Virus record (IMG/VR): IMGVR_UViG_2744054842_000001
Location: 1 to 64,000 of that record
Strand: one strand, 5' to 3'
Origin: a virus
Lineage: Duplodnaviria > Caudoviricetes
Length of the DNA stretch: 64,000 bases
Below, piece after piece: positions 9,010-18,644 of the stretch (its first letter is position 1; every line of letters starts with the position of its first letter). The notes beneath the pieces were generated by a model that ran no database searches, was not told the DNA's origin, and saw only the letters and a program-made list of their open reading frames with translations. The position numbers and the translations under genes are program-made.

Positions 9010-10752
9010 TTAACCACCTAGCTCAACGTTACAGCTATTAAGCACAGCAGTACCGCTGTCGCCAGTAGAACAAGCAGCAACATCGAAGGTGAGTGCCTCA
9101 TTCGGGAGGTCTATGTTCCCGGACAAAATTTGGCCAACTGCGTCACCTAAGTTCTGCGTTGCCCCCAAGCACGAAAACTGCAAAACGAAGGCATTACGGG
9201 CACTGGTTGGGCGCATAAAAAGTTCAATACGACCATAAGATCCAGCAGCCACTCGGTAGGTGCCTAGAGCGACAGACTCACCGCTACTTAAGCGAACCCT
9301 AGGCGTAAAAAGTCCGTCTGCTGCTTGGGCCCGACAAGTCATAATCACACGAATTGCCTGATCCTGATCAGCCACATACCCAGTGCGTGTTGCCGCGACA
9401 CCACTTAAAACAGTAGCCTCTCCGGTGCCAGTGACCGACCCTCCTGTATACCTAAGTGTGATATCGCTCCAACGATTCGATCTGTATTGCGAGATATCGT
9501 CGACGCCTCCCGCACGACACAAATACCGTCTGATATTGGCCTCTGCACCTACGCCATACACATCCGGAATACCTGGGTTGTCGGCACCGAATCCACCTCG
9601 GAGGTTCCAACAAATATTGTTCTGATAAAACTTACAGCCCCGCGTATCGATAGAGCAATTCGATTTATACCCAAAAAGAGCCGCACCATACGCTGCTGCC
9701 GCTTGCAGCCTCCCATTGTTACGGAACTCCGTATAATCAAGAACTGTACTGGAGTCATGCTTGGAGTACAAACCGTATTCAAGGGCATTCCTGACTACGG
9801 TATAAGTGGAACTTGTCGCACTTAGCGACATTCGCCCACCCGTATTATCCAGGCCATATCTGGCCCCATCCAAAATCCCCCCAGATACCGTTACAGACCC
9901 ACCTGGAAGCGCGGAAATATTGGACAATCCGTTACTGTAGAATCCGCAATTCTGGATGAACGCTACACTCCCTGAAGAGACCGCCAGTGCACGGCGAACC
10001 TGCTTAACGTTCGACAAATTTTGATCGTACCAGTTTCTCATACAGAGGTTACTGATACTGATTCGGTTGCCCTGACCAGAAGTAAAGCCACTTATTGCGG
10101 TTAAACCAGTTCCATCAAGGAACGCCGTATACGCGCTTGGCTCCACCTGGGCACCTCCAACCGCCGGAAAGTCAAACGCAAGATAATTAGCGCCATTGGC
10201 CAACCAGTCTGGCAAAGTTACCGCCTCATTGTAGACACCAGCGGAACCTACGATGATCCATCTTCCTGTAAGCGGCATGTAATTCCGCAATGCCGCTATG
10301 GCGCCAGCAAAGCCATTAAGTGGACGCTCAGGACTCAAGCCATCTCCTGTACCTCCCGGCGCCATGTAAAGCTTGTTGATGTCGGTACTCAACGGCTTAA
10401 GATTGAACACATTAGAGCCAGCTCTAATACTTCCTGCACCAACGTGACGAACAGAATGAAGACCAGAGATAGGCTGATCACTCACTAATGGAACGGCTCC
10501 ATTCGACCAATAGAGATCCGCACCATTAGAAACTGCGACAGCGATAGCTGACTCCAAGCCAACTTGACTGACTGCTGAGCCAGAAACTTCAACATAGTCT
10601 TTAACCGAGACCACATCGCGAAGTCTTTGCTGAACAGAACGACTCAGCTGACCTGGGCCACTGGGAATATATAGTACATTTTCAGCGTCGCTCACTTCGC
10701 CGACTTGCGGCAGGGCATCTGTGTTATTGGTCATATTATCCGACATAGCCAT
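9010..10752 (-). CDS. Tailspike/depolymerase-like beta-helix protein
   Basis: RSVQQRLRDVVSVKDY motif, GTGDGLSPERP, Gly/Asn-rich beta-helix-like repeats; more AT-rich than flanks. Confidence 0.7.
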   Translation of the reverse strand: MAMSDNMTNNTDALPQVGEVSDAENVLYIPSGPGQLSRSVQQRLRDVVSVKDYVEVSGSAVSQVGLESAIAVAVSNGADLYWSNGAVPLVSDQPISGLHSVRHVGAGSIRAGSNVFNLKPLSTDINKLYMAPGGTGDGLSPERPLNGFAGAIAALRNYMPLTGRWIIVGSAGVYNEAVTLPDWLANGANYLAFDFPAVGGAQVEPSAYTAFLDGTGLTAISGFTSGQGNRISISNLCMRNWYDQNLSNVKQVRRALAVSSGSVAFIQNCGFYSNGLSNISALPGGSVTVSGGILDGARYGLDNTGGRMSLSATSSTYTVVRNALEYGLYSKHDSSTVLDYTEFRNNGRLQAAAAYGAALFGYKSNCSIDTRGCKFYQNNICWNLRGGFGADNPGIPDVYGVGAEANIRRYLCRAGGVDDISQYRSNRWSDITLRYTGGSVTGTGEATVLSGVAATRTGYVADQDQAIRVIMTCRAQAADGLFTPRVRLSSGESVALGTYRVAAGSYGRIELFMRPTSARNAFVLQFSCLGATQNLGDAVGQILSGNIDLPNEALTFDVAACSTGDSGTAVLNSCNVELGG

Positions 10753-10967
10753 TATGCGTTCCCCTCTACCATTTGCTGAAGAGCATCAGCTACAGAAACA
10801 GTGACCTTTGCGGAATACCGCTTCATCACCTGTGCGGTCCGTACGAGCGCAGTTGGTTGCTCCTCCAAGAGGCTGCGTGCCGCGGCGTCTGCCTCCTGTT
10901 CGGTGACATACTCATTCTGGTGAATGGGATCGAAGTTGTTACTACTGTTGATGACGATGAAAGGCAT
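10752..10967 (-). CDS. Small tail-associated hypothetical protein
   Basis: 71-aa ORF, GGAG RBS, coupled to the next gene. Confidence 0.65.
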   Translation of the reverse strand: MPFIVINSSNNFDPIHQNEYVTEQEADAAARSLLEEQPTALVRTAQVMKRYSAKVTVSVADALQQMVEGNA

Positions 10968-11029
10968 GTGTTATCTCCAGGCAAAAAAGTACCGCCGGGT
11001 GGCGGTTGGGTTTGGGTGTTGCTGCAAGT

Positions 11030-11284
11030 CAGGCGGTAGCGCCGACCAGTCAATTTTAGTTGGCCAACTGCCCTGCTCTGGCGCACGGCTGAGCAGTACG
11101 CAGAACCGTGCGCCAGTCCGTTAGCATTTCAGCCTCCGCCTCGCTGGCCATTTTTAGGTCCACCGCATCGACCAAAAGCCCTATCGCAGGGCTCAATCGA
11201 AGATGTGTCTTCAGAAAAGACAAACGGGTCCAAAATCCGGGAGACGTTCGCGCCTCCGGCCTGGGCTTCGGTAAGTCTGGCCAT
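11030..11284 (-). pseudogene. Fused relics of an endolysin 5' end and a tail-fibre assembly (Tfa-like) 3' end
   Basis: MARLTEAQAGGANVSRILDPFVFSE resembles the intact endolysin start; DAVDLKMASEAEAEMLTDWR..IDW resembles Tfa; frame broken. Confidence 0.7.
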
Positions 11285-11339
11285 ATTTTCTCCAGGCATA
11301 AAAAAGCCCGCGAATGCGGACATTGATATGAGGCAGGAC

Positions 11340-14054
11340 CTACGGTTTTAGCACCTTGTTTGCCGAAACTGCGAACGCTCGGCGGATCCGCCACTCGTCC
11401 ATGTAGCGCAGAGTGGCAACCATGCCATCCGGCAGGCTGACCGGCCCCCAGGAGTAGCCGCCTCGCCATTGGTAAGACTTGCCGGCCTGCAGCCGCATCG
11501 CATTGGCTGGGTCTCGCTGCAGGAACTTGTGGATAGCTGAGGTGTACTGCTTGGAGCTCGCCGATCCGCCACCTATGATCTTCCCGTAGCCCTCATAGAT
11601 ATGCTCCTCGGCAGCCACCCCATAGTTCCGGTCGATCCATGCCCCCAGCTGGCCATTGGCGCTGGTGGTGAGCACGGCCCACGCATCGGGATACGCCGAT
11701 GGCGCACCAGAGTTGACCGTGCCGTCGAACGGAATCGGTGTGGGGAACTGACCGCCCAAGTAGAACAGCGTGTCGTTGACGCCGCTTGTCACGATCTGGC
11801 AGGCGTAGTCGATGTAGATATCCACGTCCTCCAGCGCCATGATCTCGGCGTGCACCCCGGCAACGCCGGGCATGAAATCGACCTGGAAGGCCTGCAGCAG
11901 CGGGTACCGCCCCAGACTCACAGTGTTACCAGCCATCAGCTTATTGATGATGCGGCAAGTGACCCGGCTGGCCGTTCCGCTCGACCCGGGCACCAGGGTG
12001 ACGCCATCGGCCTCAATCACGTAGGCGACTGAAGCAGCCGTCACCTTGCCGTCCACCAGGTGGTTGCCACCGGTGAACTCAAGGGTTGGCCAACCGTCGC
12101 CGTTGTTCACGGCGTCGAAGATCATGGGCGGCAACCAGTCGGTAGCGAACGAGCTGATTACCCCACCATTCAGGATCACCTGGGCAAAGTTGGCCAGGCT
12201 GTTGGCACCGTTCAGGCCGAAGACGAAGCCTCGAGTACCGACCCCATCCGGCCAACTCAGGGTAAGGCGCATCGACGAATCAACGCTGTAGGTCACTCGG
12301 GAGGGCGTGCCGCCGCTTGTTACGGGGAACTCGTAGCAGGCCGGGTCGATTACCTGCGAGTACCCGTTTTGGAAAATGGCATTCATCCCGTATTGGGTGC
12401 CATAAGCCTGCAGCTTGGAAGCGTCCAGCACCAACTCGATGCGCACATCGGTCTTGGTGTTGATCAGCAGCGTCTGAATGCCCAAGGTGCGGTCGATCGC
12501 CGGCTGCGGGTCGGCCAAGGCCGAGATGCTGTTGCCTGTAGTGATGACCGAGGCGTCATAGCCCGCAATGTCTACCTCTTCCACGATCCAGCCATCAGCT
12601 GCCGGAACCACGGCAGCGTTGCCGTTCTGGAAATACCGCAGGCCGTAGTACTTGCCACGCTTGGCGTTGATGACCCGAGCGTTGAGGATCACGTTAGTCT
12701 GCAGCGGGCTTGGAGTCGATACCGAGCCGCCGCGACTGGTGTTGCGGAAAGGCACGATCTGCCCAGCGTTGAGGCTGATCGAGTTGGTCGATTCGCTTTT
12801 GGCCGGGATGTAGCGGCTCGGGTCAATGATGTAGCTGTAGCCCGGGTTAATCGTGTTAGCCGCACCGATGAAGGTGCCATAGGCCGGCAGCTGGGCCGTG
12901 TCCAGGGTGATCAGGATTCGCAGGTCGATCGCCACCGTACTGGCCAGCACCACCGTCTGGATGCCGTCCCGAGCAATTGTAGGGGTGCCCGCATCTGCCA
13001 CACTAATGACTTGGGTAGCAACGTTGGCGGCCGTCTCGTAGTTGGCCTGGTCAATCTCTTCGATGATCCAGCCGTCAGGCTTGGCCGAGGGCAAAGCGGT
13101 GCTGCCGTTCACGAAGTAGGCCAGACGGTAGTACTTGCCTGGGCGTGCGCCGATGATGCAGATGTTCAGGATCGCCTTGCTGAAGGCGGTCGGCTCGGCA
13201 CTGGTGGTGCCGTTGCGGGTCATCTTGCGCAGCGGGTAGACCTTACCCCGGTTGATACTCAACGAGTCATCTCTGATGACTGGGGGGGCCGAGTAACGAG
13301 ATGGATCTATGATCCAGCTTCGGCCATTTGTACCCGTGCTGCTAGAGTCGATAGCAGTTCCAGAGGCAGGCAGTGCACTGGCATCTACCACGATCTTGAA
13401 TCGGAGATCTGGCCGCAGATTCGGCGTAACGATCAGCGTCTGAACTCCGCCAGTTCGATCGATGTTCGGCGCCGGATTGGTATACGAGTGAATTTCCGTG
13501 ACTGCGCCGGTAGATGCATAGGTCGCTGGGTCGGCCTCGTACAGAATCCAGCCGAATTCATAGCTCCCCCCCAAACTGGCGCCGTTCTTCTGGAGAGAGA
13601 TGAGGTAGTACTTGGTCAGATCCGCCCCGAGGACCTCGCAGTTCAGCAGGAACCGGTTCATCACCGGGTTTGCTGGCGATGTCACGCCACCCCGGTTCAT
13701 TTGGCGAAGCGGATACGCCTTGCCTTTGTTGATGGTCAGCGCATCCGCCAGCCAGGACAGCAGGGACGAGATCTCAACCGCGACCCCGGCATCGTTCCGG
13801 TAGCGGGTTTCAAACACATCGCCAGTTCCCGGTACCGAGAAGAAGCGGTTATTGGTGCCCGAACCGCTGGTGGCGGCCAGGCCGGCTGCCACAGTGGTAT
13901 AGGTCCCCATGCTCGCGAGGAATTCGGCGTAGATCTTTTTTAGGGTGGGCTTGGTGATGCCGTTGATGGTGACTAAGTCAGCATCAGACAGGAACAGCGA
14001 GTTTGCGTTAGCCACAAGCTGTTGGAACAGCTGCAGAGATTCTGCGCCGGTCAT
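11340..14054 (-). CDS. Tail fibre / receptor-binding protein with three tandem ~160-aa repeats
   Basis: Follows the J-like gene; TYTTVAAGLAAT..FFSVP N-terminus; repeats begin LTINKG / LSINRG / ISLNAG. Confidence 0.75.
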   Translation of the reverse strand: MTGAESLQLFQQLVANANSLFLSDADLVTINGITKPTLKKIYAEFLASMGTYTTVAAGLAATSGSGTNNRFFSVPGTGDVFETRYRNDAGVAVEISSLLSWLADALTINKGKAYPLRQMNRGGVTSPANPVMNRFLLNCEVLGADLTKYYLISLQKNGASLGGSYEFGWILYEADPATYASTGAVTEIHSYTNPAPNIDRTGGVQTLIVTPNLRPDLRFKIVVDASALPASGTAIDSSSTGTNGRSWIIDPSRYSAPPVIRDDSLSINRGKVYPLRKMTRNGTTSAEPTAFSKAILNICIIGARPGKYYRLAYFVNGSTALPSAKPDGWIIEEIDQANYETAANVATQVISVADAGTPTIARDGIQTVVLASTVAIDLRILITLDTAQLPAYGTFIGAANTINPGYSYIIDPSRYIPAKSESTNSISLNAGQIVPFRNTSRGGSVSTPSPLQTNVILNARVINAKRGKYYGLRYFQNGNAAVVPAADGWIVEEVDIAGYDASVITTGNSISALADPQPAIDRTLGIQTLLINTKTDVRIELVLDASKLQAYGTQYGMNAIFQNGYSQVIDPACYEFPVTSGGTPSRVTYSVDSSMRLTLSWPDGVGTRGFVFGLNGANSLANFAQVILNGGVISSFATDWLPPMIFDAVNNGDGWPTLEFTGGNHLVDGKVTAASVAYVIEADGVTLVPGSSGTASRVTCRIINKLMAGNTVSLGRYPLLQAFQVDFMPGVAGVHAEIMALEDVDIYIDYACQIVTSGVNDTLFYLGGQFPTPIPFDGTVNSGAPSAYPDAWAVLTTSANGQLGAWIDRNYGVAAEEHIYEGYGKIIGGGSASSKQYTSAIHKFLQRDPANAMRLQAGKSYQWRGGYSWGPVSLPDGMVATLRYMDEWRIRRAFAVSANKVLKP

Positions 14055-14092
14055 ATGTTTCCTCTCATATCCCGGAACCGGGCATTGTTAAA

Positions 14093-17000
14093 TCAGGCGG
14101 GTGGGAACTGGTCGTCGTAGGTGTAAACGCGGGCGTCGTAGGGCATGGCTTTCATGGCCCTGTTGCCGTTGACTGGATCGGATAGCGTGATCAGGGCTGG
14201 GTATGCCCAGCGCGTTGCTGGACCGAACAGGATGTGTGGCGGCTCCAGCGGGCCGTCGACCACGGGCGTGAAGTCAAGGGCATCAACCCGCGCCGTGTAC
14301 GGATCCACCTGTGTGGCGGTCCATGGTCCGGACAGCGTGCCGTCCAGTTTTCGAAGCCCGATCAGGTGCTCACCGCCGGCGCTGAAGTCCAGTGGCTCCG
14401 ATGAGCTCAGCAGCGTTCCCGCACCGGTAACCTCGAAGGCCAGCAGGATCGCGCTCTGGCAACCCTTCGGCCTATCATCGCCAACCGCCGCAAAACTGAG
14501 GTAGCCGCTGTTGCTGCCGTCCATCTCCGTTTCCCAGGCGTACACGTCTGTCCGATACTTCTGGTGGCCACGCCGACGCATGCCGATGCGCCAGGCTCTG
14601 GTCCTGTCGCTGATTCCGGGCATCTTGATCTTCTCGACCTTGTTGCCCAGGTCGCCTGGCCAGCGGCACTCGACCGTTTCCCACGCCCAGGTGGTGCGCG
14701 AGAAGTACTCCACATCCACGCCGTCGAAGTCGTTGATCGACGGCATGGCGCCGCTGATCTTGAGCATCTTGGTCATGTTCTGGGGCGAGTAGGTCTGCGT
14801 CTTTGGCCCGTAGGTGACATCGAACGCAGCCCGGACGCTGTCCCGCACAGGCCGTAGCAGGCCACGGAACGTCACCAGCTCGCCGAACCCGCACGCCAGG
14901 GCGTTGTTCACCATGTCCTTCAAGGTGATCGTCGCGTCCAACGTCTCGTCGTAGGTGTCGCCACGGGCCACACAGACCTCGTGGAAGGCCTGCCACTCAG
15001 GCAGGTCCAGGTCGTCGTCCGTGTATCCGCGCTGTTTCAGCTGGTAAATGCACCAAGGCACGATGTCGCGTGTTGGCCCAGTTCCGCCCTCCATAAGAGG
15101 CAGGATGCGAGTTGCCTCACCGCTTACCTGGCTCTCCGATTGCGCGGATAACCGGTCACCCCCGCGGATGTTGCAAGTGATGACCGTCATCGGATAGCTG
15201 GTTGGCGAGTTCTGCATGCGCCCGCGCAGATCAGTCCATGTGGCGTCGTCGCGGGCCTCGTCGTTGATTCGCCCCGGGCGGTCCTTGTACAGCTTGCGAA
15301 CCCTGGCCTCTGCCCGCATCGGGTATGGCAGCGTCACGCGGTCGGTGAAGCCCTGGGCATCCAGCGAGCCGCCCGTCTTCATCAGTTCAATGACGGTCCA
15401 GGCTCCGGCCAGATCCATGTCCCGATACTCGAATGCGTAGTAGGTCGGAATCTCGTAGATCTGCCCTTCCCGGCCAATGCCGCACAGGCCATTGGCGTAA
15501 GTGACCGACCATTCCAGTTCGACTACCTTTTCGTTGTCCGGGCAACAGGCGAACGGGCCGCGGTAGCCACCCTGCAGGTTAGATGCGTCCAGCGTGATCA
15601 GGCCGTTGACCGTCTGCATGGCGTTGAAGCCTGGCCAGCCGGTATCGGTAGAGCCGGATGCAGTCAGGCGTTCCACCTCGAGCAGGCTCGTGCTGAAGGC
15701 CGTGATCCGGTACCGAAGCCCCCGCGGGCCGATGGTTGCCAGGCCCTGACCCAGTGCCAGGCCCACCACCGGGGATCCACCGTCATAGTCCAGGGTCATC
15801 TCGGCCGGCTGCTCGGGGATAGCACTGGTGGTGGCCGTGCCAGTGGCGCCACCTGGCGACGACCCCAGGATGGTGGAAGCACTGGTAGCGGTGATGGCCT
15901 GGCCGGCGAATGGCGTCAGTTCGACAATGCGAAGCACGCTGCCGCTCACTTGCGCCTGGAACGGCTTACCGCTGAACTGCGTGTTGAGCGCCGATACCAG
16001 CCCGGACAGGTTGGTGGTCGCGGTGTTCAGCGTGATCGGGTAGCTGGTAGCCCCACGGAGCAGGGTGAAGCTCAGTGGGGTGACGTCGAAATCATACCGG
16101 GTTGGTGCAGCGGACCCGGTGAGAGTCGAAGCGGTGCCAGGATTGGCCGGAACGGCCGGGCTGTATGGCGTGTAGCTGTGCACGACGTACAGCCCCGCGT
16201 TTGCCCCCGCCACCTCGATCAGCATGCCCGGCGTTGGGTTCAGCATCTCCAGCGGCCCACGCACGATGTCACGCCCTGCTCCGCCGTCAATGACGGTGTA
16301 GGTGTAGGGCGCGAGTACGCGGATGATGATCCCGTTCGACCAGTCAGCCGGGAACTGGCCGGAGCCGGCCGGCACGCTGATCGTGCCGCCCACGAACTGG
16401 TACGCCGAAGCCGTGGCCGACCTGGTCAGGTCGGTGGCCATGGTCAGTTCCAGGCCGGCAGAGCCGCTTGAGCTTGCCCCCACCTCTGGCGCGTTAAACC
16501 AGTTGATATGCGCCGGATCGGCAGACAGGTCGGCGCCTGGCGGATAGATGGTGAACGTAGCATCCGCGCCCAAGGAGATCAGCGGGGTTTCCCCAACCTT
16601 GACCTTGGCCAGCGGCACGTCGTACTCACCTTCGCCGATGTACAGCAGCATTTCCACGCGCTGGTCCCGCGGCGCCAGGAATGCTCGGCGCGGCTGGGCC
16701 AGGTACGACGGATAGACGCGCTGGTGGCCTGCGATCTGGCGCACCGGGTCGCCGAGCTTGACCTTGTTGCCTTTGGCACTGGCCTCGGTCAAGGGGTCGC
16801 CCTGCTGGGTGCCTGCGCTGGATGGCATGCCTGGCATCTTGGGCATGAGCAGCTTGGAGACCGCCTTAACCCCTGCGAATAGGGTAACCGCCATGAAAGC
16901 CTGTTCAAGACCTTTTGGCTCTCGGTAGATCTGCAGCAGGTCGGACGGCTTGAACTTCACCTTGTGCCATAGGTGCTGGTCGATGATCTCGTCGTTCAGC

Positions 17001-17143
17001 ACCACGCTGAATGGTGGGCTTTTCCGGCGCTCGTACGACTGGGCCTGGCTCTTCAGCCACTCCTCGATCGTCATACGGCGGTCGGTCTTCCAGGTGCCGA
17101 GCGGCGCCGTATCACTCAGCTTGTTCGGGTAGAACTCGATCAC
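14093..17143 (-). CDS. Central tail / host-specificity protein (J-like)
   Basis: 1016 aa, N-terminal gpI-like region with GNKVKLGDPVRQIAG, tail-tip position. Confidence 0.85.
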   Translation of the reverse strand: MIEFYPNKLSDTAPLGTWKTDRRMTIEEWLKSQAQSYERRKSPPFSVVLNDEIIDQHLWHKVKFKPSDLLQIYREPKGLEQAFMAVTLFAGVKAVSKLLMPKMPGMPSSAGTQQGDPLTEASAKGNKVKLGDPVRQIAGHQRVYPSYLAQPRRAFLAPRDQRVEMLLYIGEGEYDVPLAKVKVGETPLISLGADATFTIYPPGADLSADPAHINWFNAPEVGASSSGSAGLELTMATDLTRSATASAYQFVGGTISVPAGSGQFPADWSNGIIIRVLAPYTYTVIDGGAGRDIVRGPLEMLNPTPGMLIEVAGANAGLYVVHSYTPYSPAVPANPGTASTLTGSAAPTRYDFDVTPLSFTLLRGATSYPITLNTATTNLSGLVSALNTQFSGKPFQAQVSGSVLRIVELTPFAGQAITATSASTILGSSPGGATGTATTSAIPEQPAEMTLDYDGGSPVVGLALGQGLATIGPRGLRYRITAFSTSLLEVERLTASGSTDTGWPGFNAMQTVNGLITLDASNLQGGYRGPFACCPDNEKVVELEWSVTYANGLCGIGREGQIYEIPTYYAFEYRDMDLAGAWTVIELMKTGGSLDAQGFTDRVTLPYPMRAEARVRKLYKDRPGRINDEARDDATWTDLRGRMQNSPTSYPMTVITCNIRGGDRLSAQSESQVSGEATRILPLMEGGTGPTRDIVPWCIYQLKQRGYTDDDLDLPEWQAFHEVCVARGDTYDETLDATITLKDMVNNALACGFGELVTFRGLLRPVRDSVRAAFDVTYGPKTQTYSPQNMTKMLKISGAMPSINDFDGVDVEYFSRTTWAWETVECRWPGDLGNKVEKIKMPGISDRTRAWRIGMRRRGHQKYRTDVYAWETEMDGSNSGYLSFAAVGDDRPKGCQSAILLAFEVTGAGTLLSSSEPLDFSAGGEHLIGLRKLDGTLSGPWTATQVDPYTARVDALDFTPVVDGPLEPPHILFGPATRWAYPALITLSDPVNGNRAMKAMPYDARVYTYDDQFPPA

Positions 17144-17516
17144 GGTAATAGACCACCTTGGGATGAGCGGCTTCGAACCCGCCGGTTGTCCGGAGGCAGG
17201 CGCCGCCGGGGTTTGTGTCCAGCACCTTCAGGCGCCCTTCGCTTTCCACCACCACACCTACGTGCAGGCACAGCGCGCCACGGAACACGGCGGCAATGGC
17301 GCCTGGCTCTGGGGCGCACTCCTCCATGCCCTGGCGAAGTTCGTGGTAGGCGGCGGTATTGGCCTTTGGCTTGCTCTTGCCAACGGCACCCAGGCTGGGC
17401 AGCAGGGGCAGGCCGAACACCTCATGGCGCACGGCGATGCAGAGCCCCCAGCAATCGAAGGCAATAGGCCCCCGTGCACCCTCGCGATACGGGGCGCGCA
17501 TGAATTTCTCGATCAT
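17112..17516 (-). CDS. Tail tip NlpC/P60 protein (K-like)
   Basis: PYREGARGPIAFDCWGL..HVGVV. Confidence 0.85.
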   Translation of the reverse strand: MIEKFMRAPYREGARGPIAFDCWGLCIAVRHEVFGLPLLPSLGAVGKSKPKANTAAYHELRQGMEECAPEPGAIAAVFRGALCLHVGVVVESEGRLKVLDTNPGGACLRTTGGFEAAHPKVVYYRDRVLPEQAE

Positions 17517-17518
17517 GA

Positions 17519-17998
17519 TCAGACGTACTTCAGGCCAGGTGCCACGATGGTGGTCAGGACGGTTCGCAGACCGTTGGTGTTCAGAAGATCCATCAGCCCG
17601 CAGGTGAGCTTGGCCACGCCATCCTCATATTCTCGACTGAGCATCGTCATGCGGTACCGCTCTTGCGGGAACGACAGGTCTTCAGCTAGGTAGCGTCGGA
17701 AGGTGATGATGAAGCGCTCGTCGGCCGCTTTGGCCTCCTCAACGACCTCCTGCACTTCACCTGTCGTGTTATCCAGGCCTAGCACGATGTTCTGGAACGC
17801 ACTGTTGTCGTTCTTTGGCAGACCCAAGTCCATCGCCATCGCGATGAAGGTCAGCGTGCGGCCATCCTCGGTGGTGCACACCCGGTCTTCCCAGCCAGAG
17901 CAGTACAGGTGGGAGACGGTGCCGCCCTCCTTGCGCGCCTCGATGGTGTCGACCAGTTCGCCCCTTCCCGATGCATAGCACTCCTCGATCAGGCTCAT
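17519..17998 (-). CDS. Tail tip protein (DUF1833-like)
   Basis: Position, 159 aa, LGLDNTTGEV..FRRYLAEDLSFP. Confidence 0.8.
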   Translation of the reverse strand: MSLIEECYASGRGELVDTIEARKEGGTVSHLYCSGWEDRVCTTEDGRTLTFIAMAMDLGLPKNDNSAFQNIVLGLDNTTGEVQEVVEEAKAADERFIITFRRYLAEDLSFPQERYRMTMLSREYEDGVAKLTCGLMDLLNTNGLRTVLTTIVAPGLKYV

Positions 17999-18465
17999 CC
18001 GAAGTACCTCGTGTACCACTTGTCCAAGCTGCCGGACAGCTGCGTGTTGAACTGGTCGAGCGGCATGCCCATCGCAGCACCGAGGTACTGATCCTCGGTG
18101 TATACCGGGCGGACTTTGAACTCGAGCTCAGCGGAGAATCGCCACCGCTTTACCTGAGCCAGCTCCCCGCCGGTGTACATGCCCTTGAAGTGCACCAAGT
18201 GCACCTGCAGGCCAAGAGGCGTCTGCAGCGGCATCTCGAACCATTCAAAACCGAGATTCAGCGCCCAGGTGTGCCAGCCCTCGAAAAGGGCCGCTTCCTG
18301 CTCGCTGAAGTTGAAGGTGAACCGTGCGGACGTTGGAGGCTTCCGGGTGGTGATCCGGTACCGCGCGCGCCCGGTGACCATCGGCGTAGCCCGCATCGGA
18401 TCAACCGTGCTCAGGCCATACCCCTCCTGCAGCGGAAGTGGCAATTCTGCCGGGTATTGAATCAT
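17995..18465 (-). CDS. Distal/minor tail protein
   Basis: YPAELPLPLQEGYG..GRARYR..WFEMPLQTPLG. Confidence 0.8.
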   Translation of the reverse strand: MIQYPAELPLPLQEGYGLSTVDPMRATPMVTGRARYRITTRKPPTSARFTFNFSEQEAALFEGWHTWALNLGFEWFEMPLQTPLGLQVHLVHFKGMYTGGELAQVKRWRFSAELEFKVRPVYTEDQYLGAAMGMPLDQFNTQLSGSLDKWYTRYFG

Positions 18466-18491
18466 TGCCGTTCCTCAGCTGAGGTTTGCGT

Positions 18492-18635
18492 TTAGGTGAG
18501 CGGGCTGAGGCCCAGCGCCTCCTCGATGCGAGCGAGCCGCCTTTGGAGAAGAAGCTCTTTCTCATCTGGCGGCACAACGGGCTCGGGCACAGTTGCGCCC
18601 GCCCCGCTGTCGGCCTCGTCGGTTTCGGTGGTCAT
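18492..18635 (-). CDS. 47-aa small protein (not in ORF track)
   Basis: MTTETDEADSG..LLQRRLARIEEALGLSPLT; paralog at 28645-28803. Confidence 0.5.
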   Translation of the reverse strand: MTTETDEADSGAGATVPEPVVPPDEKELLLQRRLARIEEALGLSPLT

Positions 18636-18644
18636 GGGATCTAC

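Noticed and set aside
12060-13943. 627-aa plus-strand ORF (and similar long antisense ORFs at 30155, 33933, 34963, 36129)
   Set aside because: Antisense shadows of GC-rich structural genes with no recognisable motifs.
9010-14054. Diversity-generating retroelement or invertible tail-fibre switch
   Set aside because: No reverse transcriptase, TR/VR pair or invertase seen; fibre repeats are diverged protein-level duplications.
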